Shown here piece by piece: positions 25,356 through 38,257 of a DNA stretch of 48,559 nucleotides (positions are counted from its first letter, which is position 1; each line of letters begins with the position of its first letter). The DNA lies in NCBI RefSeq assembly GCF_001194135.2, contig NC_068982.1, positions 31,654,477-31,703,035 on the forward strand. Reading direction: 5' to 3'. A model generated the notes under the pieces. The model worked only from the letters and a program-made list of their open reading frames with translations. It was not told the origin of the DNA and ran no database searches. The DNA is from Octopus bimaculoides. Taxonomy: Eukaryota. Made by a program: the position numbers and the translations under genes.

Positions 25356-27024
25356 AATCAAACATTCCAAGAAAAACAAGGACAAGTTACATTTCTCTTC
25401 TCTCACGTCTGGTGAATACAGAGCCTTACGCTTCAGTGCTTATCTAAGCTTGTCTTCTTAAAAAAAAGGTCCTGTTGATGATAGAATTTCATTACCGCCT
25501 CCCACATCTTCGTTTATCACAGTACGCCACTGTATTTTGTTTTTGTTATTTTGAAATGGCTTGGTTTTTATCCTATATATTTTTATGGCATATTATTTTT
25601 TTTTTGTTTTCTGCAATCTTTTTGTTCTATTTTTTTCTTCTTGAACACTTTTTATTTGGCAGCTGAATTGCCTGGGACAACATTGTTTGGGGATCGAATA
25701 GTCATATTGCAGATTAAAAATGGAAGATTTCTTTTTTTAATGCAACCTTTTTGCCTTATCTCTGTGGTTTTCAAGGTGACTAAAAGCTAGTCCTTTGAGC
25801 GACAGCATGTGATAGAAAATTTAAAGTGCATAGTCGAATGGAACATTTATGCCCTTATATTGTTATACGTAATAAAGAGGGAAAAGTCTGTCGTTGAAGA
25901 AATACCCCTTATCTGTTTCATACAAGATTGAAAGACAAAGTGACAAGTAGAAAAATAGAATATCGGGAAATAAATGGGAAATTCAGAGAATTTGTAATTG
26001 CCGTAAATTGGTCAATAACCCTATTGTAATAAGAATGTTATAAAAGGTGCAAGATACAATCTATATCCAACTATTAAACTGCCACATTGCATCAAATTGT
26101 CTAAATCACTACATGTTACAATGAAAATCGGTATTACCAGCCTGGTTTGGCTGTAACATATCTACTGTATTAGTTACTTGGATTGTTACTAGTCCTGATC
26201 AACCAACTATATTCAAACGGTAAATTTTGATATTCAGAGCGAGTCTGCGTTTTATTGTAATATTCCTAAAATAACTGATTTGAAACTGTCTTTTGAATAT
26301 CATATGCAGCCAGTTAGTTTCTCTCAGTCATCAAATGGAGTAACGATCCTAATTGTTTAATTTAGCATAGCCTTAAGGTACCACTTTCTAATTTGCTATT
26401 TCTTAAACATCTTGGTTACTTCCATGGTTATTAAGCTAATATAAACTCCGAAGTCAATTTTACTATCAACTTTCTTCTAGATAAACCAAATATCTATGCT
26501 TTACATATTTGAACACAAAATTTTAACATAAGATCAAACGTTGTGCACCGCTCTTGTGATATAAAATGTATTTAAAACTAGTACGTATATATAAGTCCAA
26601 GTGGAATAAATATAGACCCTTTCTCATGAAGGTTGCATTACTAATGATTTCTTTGGTATACTGCAAGATGAAAGACACCAAGATAAGTTTAGAGTCTTCG
26701 CATTATATACATGATGCCAGTAAGCGATACAAACTTAAAACAATTGATAATTCTACAAAAGAACAGCATTTAACGACTTGGAGCTAATTGAAATATAATA
26801 GAAATTCTCTACCAAATTTGCACGATCCATGATCCTCACGCCAAGGTCTCCCACAAAAATTTCAAATCTCCAGTAAATTCAGAAGCAAACAATACTAGAA
26901 CTTCAAGTCGAATTACAGCTTTTAGCTAGAATTAGGAAATCACCAACAGTCACATATGGAAACCGATATTAAGGAAGGATAGAAAAATATTATATGTATA
27001 AGCGCTAAAATTCACTCCATAATT

Positions 27025-27089
27025 GTCCACGGGTATATGGAGTAGTGGTTCAGAGCGCGGGTTACTAACCCCAAGATTCCGAGTTCGAT
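27025..27089 (+). mobile_element. tRNA-derived SINE-like head
   Basis: A-box-like tggagtagtggtt and B-box-like gagttcgat; same family as the reverse complement of 48339-48402 (shared actaaccccaagattccgagttcga). Confidence 0.7.
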
Positions 27090-27118
27090 ACACACACAAT
27101 GTTATATACACACACAAT

Positions 27119-27237
27119 GGTCTTCCTTCAGTTTCTGTCTACCAATTCCATTCACGAGGCTTTGGTCAGCCCCACACTTTGGTCAGCCCGAGGCTATAGT
27201 AGGAGACACTTAAGGTGCCACGCAGTGAAACTGAACA
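27119..27237 (-). mobile_element. SINE family B, 5' part
   Basis: cagtttctgtctaccaattccattcacgaggctttggtcagcccgaggctatagtaggagacactt..ggtgccacgcagtg..actgaac; contains an internal duplication of ctttggtcagccc. Confidence 0.8.
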
Positions 27238-27242
27238 CACAC

Positions 27243-27311
<69 letters not shown>

Positions 27312-27313
<2 letters not shown>

Positions 27314-27685
27314 AAATAGAACATGTGTAGGTATTAGAGAAAACTTTGGAATAAAGACAATTTTCTTCTTTGTGACTACCTGTTATGATTATTTACTGTA
27401 GGACATTGGGCTTAATGAAAGTAACAACTAAGCTAGCTCCATTACACAGGGTTGGTTGGACAGGATTCCTAAGCAATATAATGGGAGCCTTAAGCTTTAG
27501 TGTCAAGTTATGCGGTTGCATCCCAGTGGGTTTCGGTGCGTTCTGAAACTCAGGATGGTATCAAATACCCTGATCTTCAGCCACTTTTGTGTGAATCGAT
27601 GGAAAAGTCATTTCTGATGTAACTGTTAACTTTTGAAGTGCATGACCGAGTTTATCAACCATTTCATTAGTTGGAGGCAGTTTAC
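27312..27685 (-). pseudogene. Helitron/Pif1-family helicase C-terminal fragment
   Basis: Manual translation: LPPTNEMVDKL..YHPEFQNAPKPTGMQPHNLTLKLKAPIILLRNPVQPTLCNGASLVV..ITGSHK; matches the Helitron helicase signature YPxEFLN..G.PPH.L.LK.G.P.MLLRNL....LCNGTRL. Two in-frame stops; absent from the supplied ORF track. Confidence 0.88.
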
Positions 27686-27815
27686 ATCAGTGTAATTGAC
27701 AATCAAACATATACTGACAGACCTTACTCTCTCACATACACTGACACACACAAACACTCTCACATACAGTCACACATATATTGAGACCGACACGCAGTAA
27801 CAAACACACTCACAA

Positions 27816-28150
27816 ACACTTACACACTCATATACAAAATATGTCGTGGTGGTGGTGGTGGTGATGGTGGTGGTGGTGGTGATGGTGATGGTGGTGGTGG
27901 TGGTGATGGTGATGGTGGTGGTGGTGGTGGCGGTGGTATAAAATGTTCTTTACCATGTGGTACGTAATGAACGCGAAAATACATATACTGATAGACACGT
28001 GTACACTCATATCCAAAATATGTCGTCATCGTCGTGGTATAAAATGCCCTGTACTATCTCGTACATAGCGAACGCGCAAACACACAGATACTGACAGACA
28101 CTTACACACTTTTTTACAAAATGTGACGCCGTCGTCGTGGTATAAAATGT
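27816..28150. repeat. Three diverged copies of an approximately 105-bp unit; first copy holds an expanded (GGT/GAT)n tract
   Basis: acac..acactcatat.caaaatatgtcgt...gtggtataaaatg recurs at about 27816, 27993 and 28096. Confidence 0.8.
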
Positions 28151-29433
28151 TTTGTGTTATAGTTCACTATAGAGAGATTATTTTCGAGAAAATTTTATAT
28201 TGTTTTAATCCAAATGAAAATTAAAATTCCATGTTGACACTCACGGGGTCTAACAGTATTACCTTGTAAAATTTGATTTGATTTGGTGGAACCATTTGAG
28301 AATGCATGGGGAACAGACAGACAGACAAAGAATTTTATATAGAGAGAGTAAATAACGATATGGTATTTCATGTCTAATAAGGTGCAATTTTTATCATTGA
28401 ATTAATGCAGAAAGAAAATAACAGAAACAGTTGGTTGACGTGGATAAGTGTTTCAGAAATACTGTTTACCCACATTTCAGTCAAATTCATGATGAATGTT
28501 GTTAAATTATTCATCTCTGGCACATTTCTGCTTCGTTTGTCATTATTTTCTTTTGTAAATATAAAATCAAAAGTAAGCAGCACATTTTGAAACAATCTGG
28601 AGATACTAATTTTAAAGTATTAAACTGCTCAAAAAAATCTATTATGCTCTCTTCTATTACAACAAGAGAGTTTGTGTGAAAGGAAGAAAGCATGATTATA
28701 TGTTTATATTGAGATTTTAGAGTGACTGAAATATGCACCAACAAAATAATATGTATAAAATTTTAGAAAGACACAAGTAATTCCTTTTATTTTTTAGTGA
28801 GTGTTGGGCTTAATGTGTTATCTGCAGCTTTGTGCAAGTCATTGGACTTCCTGCACTAAAATATGCAGATGTTAATTAGGTCATTACAAAACATTAAGGA
28901 ACCCTTTAAAAAGTTAAAATGTTTTTCAGTTTTAACTCATATTGTTCTTTTTGCGTTTGTATAACAGACAGCAGGATTCAATTTCAATCATGAGAAGCAT
29001 GATGAATAATGGATCAATTGTAGCAAAGCATTAGGTTAAGCCTTTTATAGTTTGGAATGCAAGATCTGTCAGTGTTAACTTCTTTTTATCTTCGAAATAT
29101 TCACACTCCGGTTCAGCATACAAATAGCTTTTCAGGGTATTATTTGATGCATAAATTCAAAAGACCAATAATTACATTTTGCTTTTAACATAGTATCGCT
29201 TCATCATAAAGCGATAGTCATGCCCCCGTATTTCTAATACTTCTTTACGGGAACATGTGCCAGGGGTGCAGTAGGTGACGTTATAACAGCCACTGACTAT
29301 TTTAACTGTTTTGGTCAAAATCACTCTCAGGTGTATTGAGCTAACGAAAATGCAACATCGGAAATGTATAGGGAAATTACCGGACGATTCGGACAGGACT
29401 GAAAAAAGAATTGCAAGTTTTGTTTTCTCCGTA

Positions 29434-29654
29434 CAGTAATCCCTTACCATATCGCAGTTCATCTATCACAGTTTATCATTTACGTTTACGTCGATTCCTC
29501 CGAGGTGTTGTTTTGCATTTATGATAAAATAAATGTATGCAAATTATAAAAATTAGTAGAAAATATATACAATACAGTACCGTTTCTACTTCACGGATTT
29601 TCACCTATCGCAGGTTGTTTTGGAACGTAACACACGATAGCCGAGGGATCACTA
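29434..29654. mobile_element. pogo/Tigger-like MITE
   Basis: TA|cagtaatccct ... agggatcacta|TA (9/11 terminal match plus shared tatcg just inside both ends); 221 bp; non-coding. Confidence 0.6.
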
Positions 29655-31299
29655 TAAAACATTTCTGTCCAGGCAGCGTGATTTCAATTTGTACAGTGCG
29701 AGTAAGTGCTGGTGTTTTAGAGTGTAAAAGTCCAAAGTTACATTTATGCTCAAGCAGAACGCTCTGGTAAGAGTGACAATCTTCACAAGTATCAATACCT
29801 CGTAGTCAAAGTCCGTTGATAGACGTCTGTCGCAACAGGATAAATAGCAAAATAAATTCAAAACTCCTTTTATAAGCTTGAAAAAGAAATATTAAAAATA
29901 TTTTCTTCAAACAAAATGCGAAAGCCGTACTTGAATGCATAGAGCTACTGCCCCTTTAAATTCTTTGAAGGAAGAGGATACTGAGGTCGGCCAGAAAAAG
30001 TTCCAGAAATGACAGGAAGTGAAAAGGATCATCACAACTTAGTTGGGATTCATCAGGAGAAACAAACGAGCTGATATGCAAAACTTACAACTTTAGTATT
30101 GCCACACACAACATTATTGAAAACGCTGTGACTAAACATTGGAATCATCCGAAAATCCTACGGCTGCAAGAATATGAAGATAAACAATCACAGCTGTCAC
30201 TATTGCAGCAGCCAAACCAAATCCACGATAACGAGTGTCAATGCAGCAAGAATTACCTCTAGAAATGCAACAACGTGATTCGCAAAAATAACAGTCAAAA
30301 ATCCAAATAAGTTTCAAACTAAATGATGGTGTCTTTTTTATGGTTGCTTGAGCAACTAAAGATTGTAGGAAAATCTCTTTTGCCACTACTGCCTTAAAGA
30401 TAGGATACAATGAACTATGTATTCCTAGATGTAAAATATGCTGTTTTGTAATAACTACAAATCATTGACGCAATGTCTGCTCGATCACTGCTAATCCTGA
30501 TTTTTAGCAAAATAGAAAAAAAGAAAGCCATCGGTCCCTTTTGCTATTATTTCAAACGCTAAATACAATTTTCTTTCAATATCATTCGCAATAAAGTAAA
30601 ACAAATTAAACATTATTTAAACGTAAAATAAAAGGTGTGATTGTTATGTAAAGATTAATGAAATTAAACCGCAGATACATTCGGGCTTTCAAACAGTCCC
30701 AAATCAATATGAATAGTTCCAAAACTTAAATTAAAAAAAAAAAAGAACAGCTAGTGAGACTAAATATTTTGAAATTGAGAACAACTACAAATGGTTGTGG
30801 GTCCTCCATTGGTTTCGAAGATAAGCATCTGGTTATCCAATCAAATGAATTGCCTTTCATGACATTTACATGTAATCAACTGAGTATTCTAGGGATGCGT
30901 GTACCGAAACATGTCTATGGTAAAAACCAGCGCAATAAAATGTTATGAAACTGGATCTTTGAATTACAGGTAAGAAAAAAAAGACGGTATGCGAGAAAAA
31001 TCGATCATCCCTTACTGGGGTAGTAGTTTATCTATACTTTCCGAAAGAATGTAATTAAATCTTATTACGTTTTGAACTGAGGGAGTAGAGAGTCGAACCG
31101 AATATCGTAAAGCGTTCTATCCGACGCTCTAAAGACGACTTATCAATGTAAATAACAGTAAATGGGAAAGGAATGGCATAATACAAATGAACATAACCAG
31201 AAGTGGGATAATAGTAAGTAGCAACAAATGCGTATAACTCGAAGTGGCCAAAATGTGGAATAAAACTAATGTGTATAACAATAAGAGGAATAATAGTGA

Positions 31300-31800
31300 G
31301 ATAATGCATATGAATATAACTTTGGGCGTGCTGTGAATATACGCCGAAACATGGCTGCTGAAATCTCGAGGTGAATAAGGGCAGGATGGGGACATTTGCC
31401 TCGATAAAAAATGGGCTCAAAGAAAAGCTGAACAAGAGCAATGCGCCAATATCTTCAGTCCCATTGTTCTGACTGTGCTCTTATGCACAAGTGAGATAAG
31501 GACGATTACGAAAAGCGAAAAACATCGATCGGCTATGAGGAAAAAGGCCATGGAATCTATGGTAATAATACCATTATTAAAGCCTATCCGAAAGAAATGT
31601 AATTCGAGAATGAAGGGGAGTGAAAGCCAAGTTCGCAGAACGCTAAAACCACAACTTCCACCATGCAGGAAATCACAGGCAACAGATAGGCTCGTGAAAT
31701 AGCTGAGTAGTATCCAAGAGATCTTGATGGAAAAGAATAGCGCAGTCAAGAAGAGTACTATGAACAACGGTTTACAAAAATCAACAGTCTGGTCGATACA
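31300..31800 (+). mobile_element. Second RTE-clade LINE 3' fragment
   Basis: EYNFGRAVN..EISR*IRAGWGTFASIK, TVLLCTSEIRTITKSEKHR..KKAMES; corresponds to RTE motifs EI.RRI..GW.AF and LLY..ETWT.T. Visibly different from the 12.3-13.3 kb copy. Confidence 0.7.
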
Positions 31801-31959
31801 GAGATAACAAGAAGTGGATAATATAAATGCTGATAACAATCAGTTGGAGAATAGTGCGATAATACAAATGCATATAAGTGAGGTGAAAAGTGGAGTACCA
31901 CTAGTGTATATAATGCTCGTTGCCATTGAGAGTGCAATGCCTGAAATCAGAGTGGACAA

Positions 31960-32095
31960 AGTCAATCGATTACATCGACCCAAGCGCCTTATTTGTACTT
32001 GTTTTATGGACTCCAAAAGAATGAAAGACAAACTCAACCTCGGCTAAATTTGTACTCAGAGCATAAAGAAGGATGAAATGCTAACTCAGCATTTT
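31960..32095 (-). mobile_element. SINE family A fragment
   Basis: gtcaatcgattacatcgaccc..gaatgaaagacaaactcaacctcggctaaatttgtactcagagcataaag. Confidence 0.7.
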
Positions 32096-32884
32096 TCTAC
32101 TAGAGTTAAGAGTTAATATTTCATTATATTATCTTTTTAAAACCATAATTATTAATTACACTTACTTCTACTCTATTTATATTTCTTGACATTATTGTTA
32201 TTTAACTTATGTGAGTAAATGTGTGAGACAAATCAGAACTGGTAACTCTTATGTTTAAGAGTGTTGAATGATACTTCCTTCTATAGCTGTTTAGAGAAAG
32301 CTTTGTAAGAATAAGCAATAAAGGAAAGCATCATTGAAGTATTATTTGAAAGGATACTATGTATATCTTTAGTGAGCAAGAGGAAATAAAGTAACAGGTT
32401 TCGTAATCTTTTTTGTAAATGTATTCAATCAACAACACTGTGAACAGGGAGAGAATAAAGCAAATAATTACTCGACGTTTGAAATATCATTATTTTGTAA
32501 CTCAGCACTGAAGTGGCTAGGAGTACCTTTCACAAATGTTTAGTTCCAACTTCAATCACAAAGCGAAGCATCTTAACCAAATCTGTTCCAGCATAGCCTC
32601 ATATAATTCGCTGGTTTATAAAAATAGAAACTGAACTGTTTCGAAGTACGCAATATGTATTTATATGTATACATATATATAAAAGCTACAAAAACAGCTT
32701 ATTAAGACTTCAAGTCGATATTTGTGATATGCTATATTTTTTCGCTGAGTTACGTCACCCTGCACTCTTATCAATACTACTTCTTGGGTTGAAGTATGGC
32801 AATGATGACTTCGCTCTTTTTAGCAGGAAATCTCTAACCCAGATATTATTTTTCACAAACTGCAATACAATGTAAAAGGAGTGA

Positions 32885-33094
32885 TCCAAATTTTGGCACA
32901 GGCCAGTAATTTGGGGGCGAAAGGGTTACTGGGTTACATCGACATATGTGCTCAATTGGTATATATTTTATCTACCCTGGAAAGACGACAGACTAAGTCG
33001 ACCCCGGCATTGTTTGAACTCAGAACGGAAAAACGGAAGAAATGCTCAGCAGCATTTTTCCCGGCTCAATAATGATTCTACAAGCTCGCAGCTT
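32885..33094 (-). mobile_element. SINE family A copy
   Basis: tccaaattttggcacaggcc..aagtcgaccccggc..tttgaactcagaacg..gctcgcagc. Confidence 0.8.
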
Positions 33095-34204
33095 TAATAA
33101 ATAAATATTAAGGGTGAAACAATTTATGCTAATAATTGTTTTCTCCAGATTTCTTTTGATTTCAGTTTGATTGTTGGCAATAAACATGTTTTATACATTG
33201 GTATTAATTTTAAATGATTTTATAATCATCTCCCATATCTAATCTTATGAAGTTATGGCAAATCGTAGAAAGATAAAAAGAAATGTGATTTGAATCCTTT
33301 TGTTTCGTGTGTTTCAAGCATTAACATAACTAAGCTTCTAATAAAAGAAAAGTAATGTTTCAAGATATTGCACATGTTTTAGTGAAGTATCGAAGATGTG
33401 CTCCGTTTTGTTTTGTTTCACAACTTTATCCATTACCGCTTGGAATTCATATTAATATGCAGTTGCAAACATCGAGTGATTTTTATGGGAAAATATGTAT
33501 GGAACGTTGAATCAAATGTGAAATAATCAATCGGTACCAATTAGAACATTTTATTTTCTTCAGATAAAGAAAATAAATATTCGTTTCTATTGCATAATAG
33601 GCATTCATTCTCTTCTTCTCATCTGATTGAATGTTATAACAATAACTGCTCACAATACATTTTCCCCTTTCTGATATACTGGAGGTATAGCATAGGAGTT
33701 AAATGCTTCTATAAACTAGAATTGTAATCTGCTTCTAAATAAAGAATTAGAATACCGAACTACATATTCCATTGTAAGTATAATTCTGCACATCAAACCC
33801 TATAATAGCTTTGTTAGCCTTTTCATGTGCAGCTCTAAAAATTACTTGATTAAGAAGCGTTAACTAAGAGCACATATATGTTAAGATTCCCATATAATTA
33901 TTATTTTGAGTCGACCTGGAGGCCACATAGAACATCTTGCTGTAGTTTTTCACTTAGAATTTTGATTAAATTTGCACTTTAGTGAACACAATTTATAAAT
34001 TCTTTCCCAGTAGGTAAAATATAAAATACAAGAACATATACCAAATTTGTACAGAATGGAAAAACTTCATGAAATACGTAACTCTTTAAGCTATTGTATA
34101 ATTTGGTGTTTGCAAATGATGAACCATCGTCTATCTTGTACATAACATTATTGATTTTATTGAAGCTCACTCTTTGTAACGAAGTTTCGTATATAACATA
34201 TAGG

Positions 34205-34428
34205 TAGCAGACTTGATTACATCCCTTCCCCAAGACAAAAATGCAACTCAAAGGTCACCGTTTTAACACCGCTGTCGAGATCCAGAGCAAATCGCAGAAG
34301 GTCCTCGACTCACTTACAGAAAACGACTTCCAGGCCAGATTCTAAAAGTGGCAGGAAAGCTGGGTCCTCTTTATTTGCTGTGACTATTTCGAAGAAGATG
34401 AAGTCCGAAAACTTTTGATACCACCTCA
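34205..34428 (+). mobile_element. mariner 3' end fragment
   Basis: KMQLKGHRFNTAVEIQSKSQKVLDSLTENDFQARF*KWQESW..DYFE, followed by a TIR-like gtccgaaaacttttgataccacctca|TA. Confidence 0.8.
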
Positions 34429-35832
34429 TATTCATTTACAATTGTATTATACTAATCATTTCAAATATTAAAAAGAGATACTCTTAATTCAGTTATAAGA
34501 TAAAGAAAACTTTGAACAACTTGAACACAAATCTCACCTTGAATATTTAATATCTAATAAATGCTTTCAACAGCCATCTGAACTGATAAAATATAGAATA
34601 TGCTTTACTCACATGAAGAATCCAAAAGAATATGATAACTGCTTTTGCTAAATTTTCAAAAGTATTCTCAAGACATGTGTTCAGCTACTTTATTCAAACT
34701 CTCTACATCTCTAGATTTAGCACACAAGTCCTTAACATTCTAGTTCCCTACCAATTCAAAAATGTGTAAATGAGGAGAAACTAGAAGAGCGTTCCGAAAT
34801 GGTTTTGTACGTTTTCTTTAATGGGAGGAGTATTTTCCGACTTGACTGTTTCTGTAGGATATGAAGGAATGGGGTAAATTTAGATGAAATCGCATCGTAT
34901 AAAGTAATAAATTTTTAATTGCCTGCAAAGCAATGAACTTATATTTATTAACCACATAATATATAGTGAACATTAATTAAATCAAATATGGAACTAATTT
35001 ATATGTGTATAATGGGTTTTTAGGTGCACGTCCATCATTCTACCTGATTCCCTTTTCGAATCTAGGGCTCAGTTGTTCTGATGTTATAAGTATATTTTAT
35101 TTCTGTATTATTCTAGATCTTTTAAATTACTTGAAAACTAGAATCGATATTATGCACAATGATCAAAACCAGAGACAATTCCACGTAAAAATCTGAATGT
35201 ACTGGAGCTGATGTCATTTACGAGTACAGTTATTAATGATATCGATATACATACATACATGCATACATACACCCATAAACAACCACACATACTCACGCGC
35301 ACACACATATATATATATATGCGTGTGTGTATGTATATATATATATATATGTGTGTATAATGTATATATATATATATATATATATATNNNNNNNNNNNNN
35401 NNNNNNNNNNNNNNNNNNNNNNNNNNNNNNNNNNNNNNNNNNNNNNNNNNNNNNNNNNNNNNNNNNNNNNNNNNNNNNNNNNNNNNNNNNNNNNNNNNNN
35501 NNNNNNNNNNNNNNNNNNNNNNNNNNNNNNNNNNNNNNNNNNNNNNNNNNNNNNNNNNNNNNNNNNNNNNNNNNNNNNNNNNNNNNNNNNNNNNNNNNNN
35601 NNNNNNNNNNNNNNNNNNNNNNNNNNNNNNNNNNNNNNNNNNNNNNNNNNNNNNNNNNNNNNNNNNNNNNNNNNNNNNNNNNNNNNNNNNNNNNNNNNNN
35701 NNNNNNNNNNNNNNNNNNNCTCGTCTCTGTTTTGTTTGCAATGTCTTGTACCCAGATATGCACCTATACATACAGGTGGATGTCGGTATGCACATACCTG
35801 TACGTATATATGCATATACTCATTTACTATTT

Positions 35833-35867
<35 letters not shown>

Positions 35868-36267
35868 TGTGGTCGACCTAACTGTGGTATTGTCCCCCAC
35901 CTTTTGGCGGGGTTTAGCGTTCCACTTTAAACAAGATGTAATATTTAAGATTAAATCAAATTTCACCTGTGCTTCGGAAAATCTAATCTATGCCATTACA
36001 TGCTTTGGGTGTGCAAATAATTATATTGGCCAAACAGGATTATCACTCCGTAGAAGAACCACTCTCCAAAAAGAACAAATCTGCCACCGACAATACAGAC
36101 AGACACAGGTCATTGGACACATAGAAAGGTGTGCGAGGAATCTTAATCCGAATTTCCTAATTTTTCCCTTCTATTAATGTTCACAGAGTACCTCAATACA
36201 ACAAAGAATGAATAAAGAGGCAACTTTCATCAATAAATATCTTTCACAACTAAATATGAGCACATAA
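35868..36267 (+). pseudogene. PLE GIY-YIG endonuclease domain (5'-truncated Penelope-like element)
   Basis: CGRPNCG..; FTCASENLIYAITCFGCANNYIGQTGLSLRRR..; E..FINKY..LN*. One frameshift and one stop; starts directly after (TA)n. Confidence 0.9.
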
Positions 36268-36698
36268 CATAATACAGAAGACTACTAACCTTTCATTTAA
36301 TACTACTAACCCCTATACATCCCATACACCATTCAAATTACAGATCTAGATCTAACCTAATTGCACCAAATCCAGAACTACTTACCATCCTTACACATAA
36401 TCTTTTTACTCAGGGACTAGTAGACCTGAGAACGTTCAGTATTCGGTGTGCATTCAAAGCAATGATTAGTAACACTACGAAACCGGTATGCTTTTGAATC
36501 TCTTAAAAAAATTACGACAATGACTTTTATTATTTTTATTTCTACCTTAGTTCATCTAATTGTATATATGTATCGTTACTTTTCATAAAAGGCCTTTACT
36601 TTTTGGGATTTCCAATGTGCATTTTCGCTTATTTTTCTTCTTACTTTCCCCTTACTTTTCCACGTGTAGTTTCTATTTTGCTTTTGTAACATATTTCT

Positions 36699-36700
<2 letters not shown>
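36268..36700 (+). mobile_element. Probable PLE 3' terminal repeat (pLTR) region with a hammerhead-like core
   Basis: Follows the GIY-YIG stop and ends at (TA)n; contains CTGAGAA (36426-36432) and GAAACCGGTA (36479-36488). Confidence 0.55.
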
Positions 36701-36756
<56 letters not shown>

Positions 36757-38045
36757 GTGGGAAATTGAGCGAATTGAAAACATATATAGATAGATAAATA
36801 GATTGATTGATTTCAGTAAATCCTCATGTCATGCTTATCTTTTAACTAATATCTATATAATGCTCCAACGATTTGTAGGTCACAATAAACCACTTCTTAT
36901 TTTAGAAATTTCATTTATAGATAAAATATTGAAATGTTTTGAAGTAATATTAAGAAATGTTTTTCTGGGTGCAAACGGAATAGTTTTATGTAGACGAGAA
37001 ATAATAAGCTACGTTGTGAATATGGCAGTATTTTGAATGTGCAAAGCAGAAATATATCCGCACTTAGCATCAGTGAACGCTAAATGTATATTTGTCATAT
37101 GAAAAATATGTATATCTATTGTTAATTACTAATAGGCAACGGAATACTTTGTTGCCAACCGTGTCTTATAGACAGTGCGCGTTTACAAATTTCATACTTC
37201 TATCATTCATCATATGAAATTAAATCTGTTTTATTCAATCATCAAGACAAAGAAGGTTTAGTCATTGTCCATTGTTCCAATTAGTAGCTTCTCTTATGTG
37301 TGACTATTATCAAAATTAACAGTGATCTACAGTAAGAAATTAAAGCTATGTATGAGAAATGACAAGTAAGAATATTTAGAAATAGGCATCTGAAAGTAAA
37401 GGAAAAAGTTTCTTAGACAAATTCTATAACTGTTGCTTCTAGAACTGAACTATCAAGAGTAAAAGCTGCCAACAAATTAAGGGTACGAATGTAGAGCAGG
37501 TGCTGACAGAATTTCAATATTCTATAAAATGAATAAGTTGAATATCAGGAGGACATTTTCCTTTATAAAGTAATATGGACCAGCTCTATAGCGATTCAAT
37601 AATTGATCATTTGTAGCTATCTCACTAAAAAATCTATTCAAAAATGTTTCAGTAATATTTGTTATCTTACTTTTCTTATTTACTTATTAGTACTGAATAA
37701 ACGACATTCTCAATAATACCTTACTCTAATGATATATGCCTAACGAATTAAGTGAACCTCCTTCATTTCGGCGGTTTCGTTCTAGAGATGCTTTGAATAC
37801 GTTTTATTTTAATCTTTTTGCTTGTCATCTACTAAAATACGACTAATATAGTTTGAGCTACTTAAGAATTTGTTAGGTATTATGCATACAGGGCATATTA
37901 GAAATTCAGACAGTTATGTTGTTTCTCGCTACATTATAAAACGTTGCTGAAAAGTAGTGTCCTTACTGCAGAAATGATTATATCAAGTGTTTCTTATATC
38001 TTCGAGCTTATTATTACTGCCCAAATAATATATAGCTAGTTTCAA

Positions 38046-38257
38046 GGCGGTGAGATGGCAGAAACGTTAGCACGCAATGCAAAATGCTTAGCGGCATTTC
38101 GTTTGGCTTTGCATTCTGAATTTCAAATTCCACCGAGATCGACTTTGCTTTTCATCCTTTCAGCATACATAAAATAATGACCAGATGTCCACTGGGGATG
38201 ATGTGATCGACAAACCCCCTCCCCTGAAATTTCAGGCCTCGTTCCAAAATTCGAAAC
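38046..38257 (+). mobile_element. SINE family A copy
   Basis: ggcggtgagatggcagaaacgttagcacg..ttcaaattccaccgagatcgactttgcttttcatcc..gaaatttcaggcc. Confidence 0.85.

Larger units (their letters stand above)
27312..28343 (-). mobile_element. Helitron relic (5' terminus + minisatellite + helicase fragment)
   Basis: Minus strand begins tctatataaaattctttgtctgtctgtctg (TC start, short (GTCT)n) on the same strand as the helicase fragment; 3' hairpin and CTRR not found. Confidence 0.6.

Noticed and set aside
24330-26500. Minus-strand exon candidates (..REEHTFV*, EYYNKTQTRSEYQNLPF.., KKVDSKIDFGVY..)
   Set aside because: Weak gtaac donors, no consistent phase chain to the terminal segment, no recognised family.
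26890-26935. CTAG sites as the Helitron 3' end
   Set aside because: No subterminal GC-rich hairpin at the required position.
27025-27089. Bona fide tRNA gene (also 48339-48402)
   Set aside because: No acceptor-stem closure or complete T arm; better explained as a SINE-like head.
27820-28029. Poly-His and poly-Pro ORFs
   Set aside because: Alternative frames of the (GGT/GAT)n tract.
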